This document shows positions 10,967 to 22,358 of a stretch of 64,000 bases of DNA, in pieces. Source of the DNA: Eledone cirrhosa (lineage: Eukaryota). A program made the position numbers and the translations under genes. The stretch spans positions 145,576,001 to 145,640,000 of the forward strand of contig OZ024742.1 of assembly GCA_964016885.1 (NCBI GenBank). Reading direction: 5' to 3'. The notes under the pieces are model-generated. The model worked only from the letters and a program-made list of their open reading frames with translations. It was not told the origin of the DNA and made no database searches. Within the stretch, counting starts at the first letter, position 1; each line of letters starts with the position of its first letter.

Positions 10967-12936
10967 TTACCTTACTTCTCGTAGGGGAAGGACGGTTTTT
11001 CCATCCTTTTCACTGCTTGTGGCCTCCTCAGGAAGGATGTCCTTATAAATCCTCCTGGAGAGTGCTTGTCGGAAGTCTCCGATGTCTTTGGGGAATTTTT
11101 GTTTTAGTGTCATGTACGTTTTCTGTGTGATGCGAGTGATTTGTATGTGTGGAGGTGGTGTGAATTTTGGGGTTGTTGTGTAGTCTTTTTCTGTGATGCT
11201 GGTGTTGTGTTGGATGTAGTGTAATAATTGCTTGTTGTTCAAATTTAATGCCGTGTAGTGTGTATCGTTTTGGTTGTTTTGCTTTGTTTGCGTTTGTTGT
11301 GGGTTTGTTTCTGTTTCGCATTTTGGTGACTTTTGTGGTGTAGGTGATGGTGGTGTTGGGGTTAATGATGGTGATGGTGTTGGTGTTTGGGTTGATGGGG
11401 TTGGTGATGCTGGTGTGGATGGTGGTATATCTGTCCTGACTTTTTTGTTTCTTAATTTATTTGTTTCCCTCTGTATTTTGTTTTTGGAGGGGGAAGGAAG
11501 AGAATTTTTTCTTTTTTGGTTTCTTTTTTTTTTCCGATATCGTTTCCCACTCCTCGTCGTCACAATCTGTCTCCAGTTGTGATAGGCCGGGGAGTGGAAA
11601 ATCCTCCACAGGCGTTAGTTTTGGTTGTGGCGTGGGGGATGGTGTAGGCGCTGGTGCTAGTTCTGAAGCGTTGGGTGGTGGTGGTGTTGGTTTTGCTACT
11701 GTTGCTGGGGTTGTTGCTGTTATAGTTGCTTCTGTTGTTGCTGCTACAGTTGTTGCTGCCATCTCTGCTACTGGTGGTGTTGATGGTTGTGTCACTGGGG
11801 TGGGTAGGAGAGGTGGCCTCAACCTTTTAGCCTGAGGGCAGAAAGCCCTTAGGTGGGTTCCTTCACCACAAACGACACACCTAGGTCTTCTGCCCTCGAC
11901 AATTACCGTGAGGTGGCTCTCGTCAGTGAGGTCTATTACCTCTGGGATCTCCTCAATGCTTTTTTGGTCCGCTTGGATCAGGAGCTCCATCCCAGATCCG
12001 GACCAGTTCTCCTGCTTTTCTTTTGCTATTGCTATTATTTTTGTGTTGGCTTCGATGCCGGCGAGGACGGCCGCTATTAGCCAGGGAATTTCGATGGCCG
12101 GTGGAACGTGGGTCACCCTGATCTTTACGAGTCTCTGGCCACAATAGCTTGGGACGAGTGTGAAGTCGTCACTTCTTAATGGGGCCATGGAGTGCTCTCT
12201 AGCCTCCTCTGGTGTTTCAAAGAACACGTCCACGGTTCCATACTTTTGCCCACGTCTGATGTGGGTTTTTCTTGCCCACACATGTCCCAAAGCTTTTTGG
12301 ATTTGGGACTCGGATGCCCGTTCCACTCGGCGCGATTTTACATTTATTGTTCTATACGACACGGTGCATAGGCGCCGATGCTCCATTTTATTAGGTGGGG
12401 GGGGGGGGGCTGACCCTGTACCCATCTTTCTTTACCATTTGTTTGGCATTTTCTAAATCCTCCTGAGTTACCGTAAATGCTTCGAACTGTTTTGCTACTC
12501 TGGCGAAACTGAGGGTCGGTTTTATAATGTCATTGTTGTTGTTGTTGCTATCGTTATTTGTGTTAATATTAATTTTAGTTTCAGTTGTGGTGGTGGTGAC
12601 GTCAGTCGTCTTTGGTGGGGAAGAGTCCATTTTGCTTGATTTCATTTCGACATCACGAGTTAATTTATTTTTTTCTTCTTTTGTTTCTGTTGTCGCGGTG
12701 GTGGTGGGGGTGGTGGTTGTCGCGGTGGTGGTGGTGGTGGTGGAGGCTTTAACACCTGCAGTCATTGGTAATGGCGGGAAATGAATGTCTGCCTGAGACA
12801 AATTTAAAATATTGCTACTGCTTATATTTTTTTTTGTGTTGGCAAATGTAGTAACATTTACAATGGTGGTGTCGGTGTGAGGTGTTAATTTGTGAGGAAG
12901 GCTTTCAGCTGCTTGGTGCAGAGGTGAATTAGCCAT
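10967..12936 (-). pseudogene. Tx1 ORF1 (gag-like, CX2CX4HX4C, Pro/Thr-rich) split into three frames
   Basis: ORFs 12987-12391, 12425-11457 and 11563-10967 join at a G-run (about 12397-12409) and a T-run (about 11524-11533); knuckle CVVCGEGTHLRAFC. Confidence 0.8.
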
Positions 12937-13142
12937 TTTTTTCAAAGAAATTTTTTGATAATAATAAAGTTTAAATTTTGGGCACAAGGCCCCAATCTTT
13001 TTGGGTGTCCTTTTCGGAAAACAATGTATGTGCGCTTATAAACAGTTAACAATAAAATTTTCCATAAATGACAATTTTTAACAAACGGAAATAACAAACC
13101 TTTGCGGAGCTCACGATGATACGATTTACTACGTAGGTCGCC

Positions 13143-13176
<34 letters not shown>

Positions 13177-13178
<2 letters not shown>

Positions 13179-13698
13179 GATCACATCTCAATCTTGTGGA
13201 ACTTTAGCATCCAAACAGACCGAAAAATAGATGCAAATAGACCTGATATAATACTGAAGGACTTTAAAAAGAGGGTATGCCTGCTAATTGATATGTCCGT
13301 TCCAATAGACAAGAATGTATCTATAAAAACATTTGAAAAATTGAGCAAGTATAAGGACCTGGAAATAGAAATTGGAAAAATGTGGAAATTGAGAACTAAA
13401 ACAATACCAGTGGTTGTAGGCGCTCTGGGAATGATACCTAGGGGGTCTAATGATTACTTATCGCAAATCCCAGGAAACCCGCGTATAGGAGAAATACAAA
13501 AGATAGTACTAATGGGAACTGCCCATATACTAAGGAAGATTCTGTCAATATAAGTACATCACAAGTCTAAACACTAAAGATGCATGTGTGAGTATGTATG
13601 TTCTTTCTTGAACATGGCGGGCCTTGTTGTCTCTTGAGGTCACTGGTTGTGACTTGGTGATAACTCGTATGAACATAAAGCAAGATGAATGCAACTGT
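13177..13698 (+). mobile_element. R4/Dong-like LINE 3' fragment (restriction-like endonuclease)
   Basis: WNFSIQTDRKIDANRPDI...LIDMSVP...EKLSKYKDL...IPVVVGALG; (AAT)n at both ends. Confidence 0.8.
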
Positions 13699-13724
13699 AA
13701 TAATAATAATAATAAAAATAATAA

Positions 13725-14941
13725 TTCAAATCTCATGGGGCAAGGCATAACAGTGATATGGTAACAGATAATAGAGGCAATGTTGGCATTTGCCACATCT
13801 CCACCTTTCAGGGATAGCTTCCTCTTGTCGAATTTCTTGATGAGACTAGCTATGCAGTTTGTCACTTCATCCCCATTCTTGACCACTTGAAGATCTGGAC
13901 CAAACCAGACCTGAAGCAATTTAGCCGAGTTAACTGTCCAGTACTCCTTGATGTGGTTGTATGGCATGGATCCTCCTCTCAAGATATAATCTAGATGGCC
14001 TGATGCAGTTTGACCATGTCCACATTGGCACATTTGGGAAATCCAGTCAGTATGTGTCAAACAGTTGGAAATGGCTGAGCATGTTTGTAAGGCTTTTGCA
14101 CCCTCATCTCCTATCTACTAGCTCTACACAACCCTAACATGTATCAAAGGTACAAATCCAATTTTTCACTAATACTGAAAAGTGAGACATTCTTAGGACT
14201 TTAGACACCTGAAGAAATCTGAATGTCCCAGCCATGTCAGGGCATAAATAACTACTAGACTAGAGGCATGGCTTTCACTGCTGGTCATGTCTAGCACCAT
14301 TGACTTTCCTTCAGGGTTCAAGAAGATGGTCTATATCATGAGATCCAGACCTTTCTGAAACAACACATCAACTCTACCTCCCAATCCTGGATAACTTGTT
14401 AAAGATGGGTACAAAGGCTAGTGCTTCAGAATTTTTCATTTTACTGATGGTCATCACATCTATATTTGGTGACTTGAGTTGATTCAGCATGTAGCTTTGC
14501 TTCCAATGTGACCCCAATTGATGTGCAGTGCTTCACACTCCCTATTCTGAGTAAGGCCATGTTGAATAAAGATGAGGGAAGCAAGAAGGATCACTAACCT
14601 TATTCTAGTGGAAGGATGGTTGGTTTATCCTACCAGTTAACTCTGGATGTTTCCATGAGCAAGCCAGTATTATTTCTTTTGATTATCTTTCCTCAGAAAT
14701 CATTAATTGTATATGGGAATTTTACTTTTAGTTTTGTGTTCATGCCTGGTATAGTTTGGATACAGTGTGGGTATGATGATGAATTTGTTTTGTGTAATGA
14801 TCATGTATTAGTGTATGTGATTCATAATTTTTTTTATTGTTTGTGTTTATGGCCATGTTGTTTGTGATGTTTTTCTTTTGTTGTGTTTGTTTTTAGTGGT
14901 TGTGTTGCAGTTGTTGTTGTTATCAATGATGGTGGTGATTG

Positions 14942-14972
<31 letters not shown>

Positions 14973-16090
14973 AGTGTTGTTGTTGTTGGTGTTGTTGTTG
15001 TTGTTGTTGTTCGCTTTGTGGTTTTTTGAACCCCCCCCCCCCCCCCCCCGGTAATGATTGTTCTGTTTTTCTTTTTTTGCTTTCCCTTTTTTAGAAACAG
15101 TTTTTCACTCCTCATTTTTATTTCCCTCACCCCATAGCATGTCTAAGTGAATGGAATTAGGGAGTAGCATGTCTTGAGATGTTGTGTTTGGGGGACGCTG
15201 TTGTTAATGATGTAAAAAATTGCTTTGTTGTCGCTGCTGTGATTTGCTTTGATGCTGTGGTTTGCTGCTAGTGTTGCTGCTGTATTGATGGCACAGGGTG
15301 TTAAGGGTTGGGAATAGTCGCAGTTTTTCTGCCTGCTTTAGTGGGTATAAACCCTTTAAATGTATGTTGGCCTTACACATATGACATCTAAACTTTCTAA
15401 TTTTTATTATCACAAACAGTTGGTGTCACAAACAGTTAATGAGGTCAGAGATAACTTTGAATCAGGAACTCCAATTGTTGTGCCTGCGCAGTCCTCTTTC
15501 CTCAGCTTTTTAACGTGGAGTGTCTTTGTTTTTTCTCATTCTGTTCTTGCCAGGATAACTGCCTCCAGCTAAAAAAATGTCTATTTCTTGGGCTCCATCT
15601 GTTATATATATTTTTGCAGTCCTTTTTCCACAACTTATTGGAATGAGATTGAGTTCCTTACTTTTTAAAATGGTAGTGGAGTGCCTCTTGTATGCACCAA
15701 TACACTTCTCCTTGTCCTCCTCCTCTCTCAATCATTTCCATATTTCATCTGTCAGTCATCCACCTCATGGATTGTCTCACTACCAACCATTAGCCAATGA
15801 TCTCTGTCTTCTGTGGTATTTTTACCCAATGCTCTCATTGACACCATTTGGCTGTTTTAACAGCTATTTTTGCATTGAGTTTTCTCATTTTTTATGAATT
15901 TATATTCTTGTTTCATCTCCATCAGAGACAACAATGTTTATTCATTTAATTATTTAGTTGTTCTCTTCAGTGAGCAAATAATTTTGGCTGCTTGTCCCTG
16001 CAGATACAGTGGGTGGAACTCCTTTTGCTTTATTCTATTAATCTATTATGTGTTCCAGCCGACAGTCTGATGCCATGCTGGGGCATCACC
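13725..16090 (-). mobile_element. Older degenerate Tx1-like copy lacking the RT domain
   Basis: Homologous to 10330-10970 (endonuclease) and 8510-8765 (VWFGPDLQ...LSLKG) of the intact copy; ORF1-like Thr/Pro-rich remnants at 14600-15900. Confidence 0.7.
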
Positions 16091-16334
16091 ATTGTTTTTT
16101 TTTTTGTTTTTTTTTAATTTATTTCCTAAAATTAAGGTGTGTGTTTGTATTTAAAATATGGATTTTGACACTATGGGCTAAATGCTAAGGGTCACCCTCT
16201 TTGCAGAATATAGAGGTAGGTTTTATATAAATAAATTTAACAAACTTTTAGCAATATGTATCTACTAAACAAGTAAAAAGTAGAAATTTATGGAGCCAAA
16301 GCAATACACATTTGAAGTAAATAAAATAAAATAG

Positions 16335-16336
<2 letters not shown>

Positions 16337-16386
<50 letters not shown>

Positions 16387-16884
16387 GTTTAACGTCCCTG
16401 TTCCATGCTTGCATGGGTTTGGACGGGGGTTTTCCCACTTGAGGCAAGAGTGGTTGTCTTGCTCGCATAGGACTGTCTGGCGGGTTTTCTACAGCTGGAT
16501 GCCCTTCCTAACACCAACCACATTTACAGTGTGGGGCTGGGAGGTTTTTACCGTGTTGCCTACATGGCCACATTACAGCGTGGACTGTCTGGCATGTTTT
16601 CTACAGCTGGATGCCCTTCCTAACACCAACCACATTTACAGTGTGGGACTGGGAGGTTTTTACCGTGTTGCCTACATGGTCACATTACAGCGTGGACTGT
16701 CTGGCGTGTTTTCTACAGCTGGATGCCCTTCCTAACACCAACCACATTTACAGTGTGGGACTGGGAGGTTTTTACCGTGTTGCCTACATGGTCACATTAC
16801 AGCGTGGACTGTGTGTTTTTTTGTCGTGACACCTACACGATCTCGTTTGTTTCGGCCTGGATGTTGTGGCACCAACATAACTTA
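16337..16884 (-). mobile_element. RTE 3' UTR fragment with three tandem 112-bp units and a (CAT)n tail
   Basis: Unit ctgtctggc...ttacagcgtgga recurs at about 16473, 16585 and 16697. Confidence 0.85.
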
Positions 16885-16902
16885 ATAATAATAATAATAA
16901 TA

Positions 16903-17170
16903 ACAAACTTTAATGTGGAAAATGAAAACAGAAACAATACCTATAATAATAGGTGCTCTGGGAATGATAAAAAAAGAAACAGACAAATACATAACCAAAA
17001 GCTCAAGACTTACAAATATATACAGCATACAAAAGATAGCACTACTAGGCACTGCACACATATTATGAAAAGTACTATCAATACAATAGAAACAACATCA
17101 GCAAAAACTACACTGCTCATATCCAAGGTGCACAGAGCTGTGCTTGGTAAAGCAGTAATGATGTGCAATA
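16903..17170 (+). mobile_element. R4/Dong-like LINE 3' fragment
   Basis: Translates as MWKMKTETIPIIIGALGMI...; flanked by (AAT)n. Confidence 0.6.
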
Positions 17171-17194
17171 AAAATAATAATGGTAATAATAATG

Positions 17195-17404
17195 ATTTCT
17201 TATATAAGCACAAGGCCTGCAATTTTGGGGAAGGGGAAAGTTGATTAAATTGACCCCAGTGCATGACTGCTACTTTATTTTATCGACCCCGTGAGGATGA
17301 AAGGCAAAGTTAACCTTGGCGGGATTTGAACTCAGATCACACAGGGACGTAACTCTATGCTGAAAGGCATCCGACCCTCTAACGATACTGCCAATCACCG
17401 CCCT
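17195..17404 (-). mobile_element. tRNA-derived SINE
   Basis: A/B boxes and shared core. Confidence 0.85.
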
Positions 17405-17574
17405 AATAATAGAAATGATAATAATAATAATATGGTACTGCACACGTATTGAGAAGAGCACTGTCTCTGTAAGAATGATATCCCTCCTTGTGTGGACGTG
17501 TGTGTGAGAGAAGAGCACTATCTCTGTAAGAATGATAACCCTCCTTGTATGTAGGTGAGGATGTGTGTGTGTGT

Positions 17575-19959
17575 AAACCACAAACTCAACTCTCTCCGCT
17601 CCCTGCCTGCCATCACCACCCATACTCATATCACCTCCAACCCTAACCCCTCTATCCTGTCACCTACCCCCCCCCCCTTTCCACTCCCCACCACTGAATC
17701 TGCACACACTTTGCCCAACCACCTTGACCCCTCCACCTCCGCCTCTTTCACTCCCTGCACCGTAGTCACCATACCCCAGGACCTACCACTCTCCACAGCT
17801 GAGCGTTCCCTCCTCACCCATGGTTTGCGTTTTATACCAACCACATCTACCTGCGATGAGTTCCGCACATGTGAAGGGTTCTTCCGTCGATTAAAGCTGA
17901 AAGCTTTTTTTCACGACACGGCATCATCGACACAGACAGATGACTTCATTCGTCTCAGTCGCTGGCAATCACATTGGACGCCGAGCTCTGGCCAGTTCAG
18001 CACCCTCGACTCCTTGGTTGATACTTGCCGATGTACTGTGAATCGGTTCCGTTTTTAACAGCATTCGCGTCGCTCTAACATCACGCGGACTGAGCTCTCC
18101 GCTCTTTGCAACCTTCGTCGTTGAGATGACATTGTCATCAAACCCGCTGACAAAGTTGGCGCTGTGGTGGTTTGGAGCATTGATCTCTATAGGGCTGAGG
18201 CTCTCCGCCAGCTTCAGAATACCCTTTTTTACCGCCCTTTATCCTCCGACCCCACTCCTGGCTACCAACAACTCGTGTCCTTCACCATCCACGATACAAA
18301 TCATGCCCTTAGACTCTTCAACTCTTTCTCCTTCCCTCCTGGTCCCTCCCGCTTTCTCTTTACCCTGGACATCACCTCTCTCTATACCGTCATCCCTCAT
18401 GATGACGGCCTCCGCGCTCTCCAACATTTTTTAGATTTACGCCCTACCCCTTACCCCAGCACTCTTCTCCGTCTGGCTGTGCTTGTTCTCAGCCTCAATA
18501 GATTTTCTTTTTCGGGTGAATTTTATCAGCAGGTCTCTGGGGTAACGATGGGAACCAGATGGGTTCAAACTATGCCAACTTGTTTGTTGGCTACGTCGAA
18601 GCCCAGATCTTCTCCCAGTATGCTGGACCGACTCCTGAGCTATACGGTCATTATATCAACGACTGTATCGGTGCCACCTCTCTATCATGAGAACAGCTCG
18701 ACTGTTTTCTTTCTTTTGTCCAATCTTTCCACCCTGTTCTCAATTTCACCACTTCTGTCTCCGATTCTTTTCTAGATATCTCTCTACCTATTAATCACTC
18801 TCACCACACCCTCTCTACTTCCATCTTCATTAAACCAGCAGACTCCCAATCTTACCTCGACTTCACCTCCTCCCATCCAACCCACACCAAACACTCCATA
18901 CCCTATTCCCAATTCCTCCGTCTTCGTCAACTCTGTAGCCAAGACGACCATTTTGAAACCCATTCCCTTCGCACGGCTTCCTGCTTCATCCAGCGTTGAT
19001 ATCCCCCCACCCTGATCCAAGCTGTTCTCACCCGCGCCAAGCTGTTCTCACCGTGAAATAGACCACATCACAGCTGTCTCACCTCACCCCTGCCCTCCCA
19101 ACACCCATGTTCCTTTCCCTCTCACCTACCACCCCATCACCCTACCACTCCAGCGACATATCCTCCGTTCCTTCCGTATCCTCTCTTCTGACCCCGTCAC
19201 TCGCTTTTTTCCAAACCCACCCATTACTGCTTTTAAGCATGCCCGCAACCTCTGCGACCTCCTGGTTCGCAGTTCCTTTTCGTCTTCTCCCACGACTCCA
19301 CCCGGCTCTCATCCTTTTTCCCGTTCCCGCTGTAACACTTGTCCCTTTATTTCCACCCTCACCACTCTTACAGGCCCTAACGGGTCTTTCTGTATCCGCT
19401 ATTCCTTCACCTACACATCCACCCACATTGTCTATGCCCTCCGGTGTTCCCTTTGCGGGTCTTTATATATCGGACAAACGGGACGCCGTATGGCGGACCG
19501 TTTTGCCAATCATTTGAGAGACATACGACTCGGTTTGGATACTCCTGTTGCCTGTCATTTCTGTTCTCCTGGTCATTCTTCCCTACATGTTTCAGTCCTG
19601 GGTGTCCTTTTACATCATGGATCACAGGCCTCACATACCAGGACTGAACTCTGATTCATTGCCTTGGGTCCTATTCCCCTCTTGGACTCAACTGACTTCC
19701 CCAATTTCTCTAATACCCCGTCCATTATCACACCCCTAGATTCCTATCGCTTTCTCTTGATCATTAGCAGCTTCTCTTACAACTAATACATGCCGACTAT
19801 ATATGCTCACTCCACTTTTCCCTTCACTGCTCTGTATACACACATACACACCCTTATATTAACATACTTTTGCTCATAGCTTCGTACTTACATGCACAGA
19901 CACTCTTTTACTCACATATACACACACATTTCTTCTTAGCTTTGTACAGACGTATAATA

Positions 19960-20001
<42 letters not shown>

Positions 20002-20290
20002 AGACGCGCTCCATCATCCACTTTTCTAAAAAATAAATCATACACAAAACGCCAGCACCAACAGTTTTGCAAGAGATGTCAACATGAATGAACCTGTTAT
20101 TTTTATCTGAAGACATTTTTTCCAATTCCAACTCGCCCGTCCCCTCAATCTATCTTATTTCTCATTCTTTCTTCTGATAAAGGACTAGCGTCCGAAACGT
20201 CAAGACCCTCTTCCTGTTATATCAAGCGTTAACTTAATATATCCCTTCCATATACTGTACCGGTTGTGTTATTTCTGTTTACCTTTTACA
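17575..20290 (+). mobile_element. Degenerate Penelope/Poseidon-type element (RT plus GIY-YIG)
   Basis: IKPADK..AVVVW, FTLDITSLYTVIPH, YQQVSGVTMGT, HTKHSIPYSQFLRLR, VYALRC..C..LYIGQTGR; multiple frameshifts; hammerhead remnant at the 3' end. Confidence 0.85.
20170..20205 (+). ncRNA. Degenerate minimal type I hammerhead ribozyme
   Basis: tctt-CTGATAA-a-ggac-tagc-gtcc-GAAA-cgtc-aaga; G8 replaced by A. Confidence 0.55.
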
Positions 20291-20378
20291 TCATCATCAT
20301 CATCATCACCGTTTTACGTCCGTTCTTCCATGCTAGCATGGGTTAGACAGGGCATATATATATATATATGTATATATA

Positions 20379-20543
20379 TAGGAAAAGGTCCAGGACCCCG
20401 ATGGCAGAGATCAAGCTGTCGAAATGGCTTGAGCTCTGCCGTCGGGGTCTTGAACCTTTTCCTATTACCCACTCTACTACTCAAAGTATCAAGTACTCTG
20501 GTGCGTTATGGTCCACCTGGTTCCTTACCACACTTCCTTTGTT
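20379..20543. mobile_element. (TA)n-flanked fold-back element, short variant
   Basis: About 40-bp inverted arms followed by an ~80-bp tail; homologous to 35641-35849. Confidence 0.6.
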
Positions 20544-20580
20544 ATATATATATATATTTATATATATATATATGAGCTAG

Positions 20581-21586
20581 TTAGTATGCACAGATGGTTC
20601 TATAGAAATAGTGGACACCTTCCGTTACTTGGGTGACAAAATCAGCAGTGGTGGAGGGTGCTCTGAAAGTACAGTAGCTAGAGTCAGAACTGGATGGAAA
20701 AAGTTCAGAGAGCTTATACCACTATTAGCCACTAAAGGGTTCTTTCTAAAAATGAAAGGCAGGCTGTATGATGCCTGCATACGATCAGCAATGTTACATG
20801 GCAGTGAGACCTAGGCATTGTGTGCAGAGGATATACGCAGACTGGAGAGGAATGAAGCTTGCATGCTCCGCTGGATGTGTAATAGTAATATACGTGAACG
20901 GCAAAGCATAAACGAACTAAGGGAAAAATTAGAAAAAGGAGGGATCAGATGTTGTTTACTCAAGAGACGACTACGTTGGTATGGTCACGTGATGTGCATG
21001 AAAGACGACAGCTGTATAAAAAAGTGCAGAGCAATAAAAATAGACGGTAGCCACGGAGTAGGCAGACCCAGAAAAACCTTGGACGACTTGATAAATTCCG
21101 ACCTCACACACTTACACCTCTCCAAGACAATGTCACTGGACCAAGATCTTTGGCACTACACAGTAATACAGAAGACCCGCCTTACCTAAGTACAAAGTGA
21201 AACCTACTACAGTCAGTAGGCACCTCTAACAAAATACAGCCCCGTCCCACTACCCCCACCCCATCCACAGCACCCCTTTCAATGTAAAGTTATGTTGGTA
21301 CCACAACATCCAGCCCGAAACAAATGAGGTCGTGTAGGTGTCACGACAAAAAAAACACACAGTCCACGCTGTAATGTGACCGTGTAGGCAACACGGTAAA
21401 AACCTCCCAGTCCATACTGTAAACGTGGTTGGTGTTAGGAAGGGCATCCAGCCGTAGAAAACCCACCAGACAGTCCTATGCGAGCAAGACAACCACTCTT
21501 GCCTCAAGTGGGAAAACTCCCGTCCAAACCCATGCAAGCGTGGAAGATGGACGTTAAACGATGATGATGATGATGATGATGATGAT
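20581..21586 (+). mobile_element. RTE-clade LINE 3' fragment
   Basis: FRYLG..ISSGGGC, MLHGSET, RRLRWYGHV, GRPRKT; (ATG)n tail. Confidence 0.88.
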
Positions 21587-21761
21587 ATATATATTTATAT
21601 TAACCTGTAAATTATAATCAATGTGATGTGTTAACTGGCTTATACAGTGCATTTATTTGCCCTAGGTGTCAGGAAGACACTTGGCATATATCATAAACAA
21701 TACTGAAGAAGGAAAAACAATAATAATAATAGTAATAATGGTTTCTTTATTATTAAAAATA

Positions 21762-21950
21762 ATTGTTTCTACTTTTGGCACAAGGCCAGCAATTATCCCA
21801 GTGTATTACTGGTACTTTATTTTATCGACCCCGTAAGGATGAAAGGCAAAGTTAACCTCGGCGAGATTTGAACTCAGTCCGCAAAGGGACGTAACTGTGC
21901 TGCAAAGCATGGCACCCGACTCTCTACCGATACTGCCAATTCACCGCCCT
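21762..21950 (-). mobile_element. tRNA-derived SINE (short-tail subfamily); a degenerate copy follows at about 21965-22115
   Basis: A/B boxes and shared core. Confidence 0.85.
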
Positions 21951-22167
21951 TTATTAAAAAAAATGGTTTCCAATTTAGACAGAAGGCCAACAATTTGGGG
22001 GAATAGGTCGGGAAGCTATTTAAATTGATCCCAGTATTTTACTGGTACTTTATGTTATCAATGCTAGAAGATTGAAAAGGAAAGTGTACTTTAGCATGAT
22101 ACAAACTCAGAATGTAAATATCATTTTATTTGAAAGAGGAATTAAGTGATATTATTATGTATCAATA

Positions 22168-22358
22168 GGGCGGTGGATTAGCAGTATTGGTAGAGGGTCA
22201 GACACCATGCTTTGCAGCAAAGAGTTACGGCCCTTTATGGTCTGAGTTCAAATCCCGCTGAGTTTAACTTTGCCTTTCATCCTTACGGGGGTCGAGAAAA
22301 TAAAGTACCAGTAATTCACTGGGATAATTGCTGGCCTTGTGCCAAAAGTAGAAATAAT
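22168..22358 (+). mobile_element. tRNA-derived SINE
   Basis: gggcggtggattagcagtattggtaga...gagttcaaatccc...ggccttgtgccaaaagtagaaa. Confidence 0.85.

Larger units (their letters stand above)
7289..13142 (-). mobile_element. Near full-length Tx1/L1-group non-LTR retrotransposon (about 5.85 kb) in a (TAA)n tract
   Basis: ORF1 with CCHC knuckle; ORF2 with APE, RT and C-terminal CCHC; AATAAA near the 3' end; both ends abut (AAT)n. Confidence 0.92.

Noticed and set aside
7482-12784. Many plus-strand ORFs over the Tx1 element
   Set aside because: Antisense shadows of a GC-rich coding region with no recognisable motifs
16473-16808. Regular repeats resembling a CRISPR array
   Set aside because: Head-to-tail 112-bp units with no unique spacers, part of a LINE 3' UTR, in a eukaryotic context
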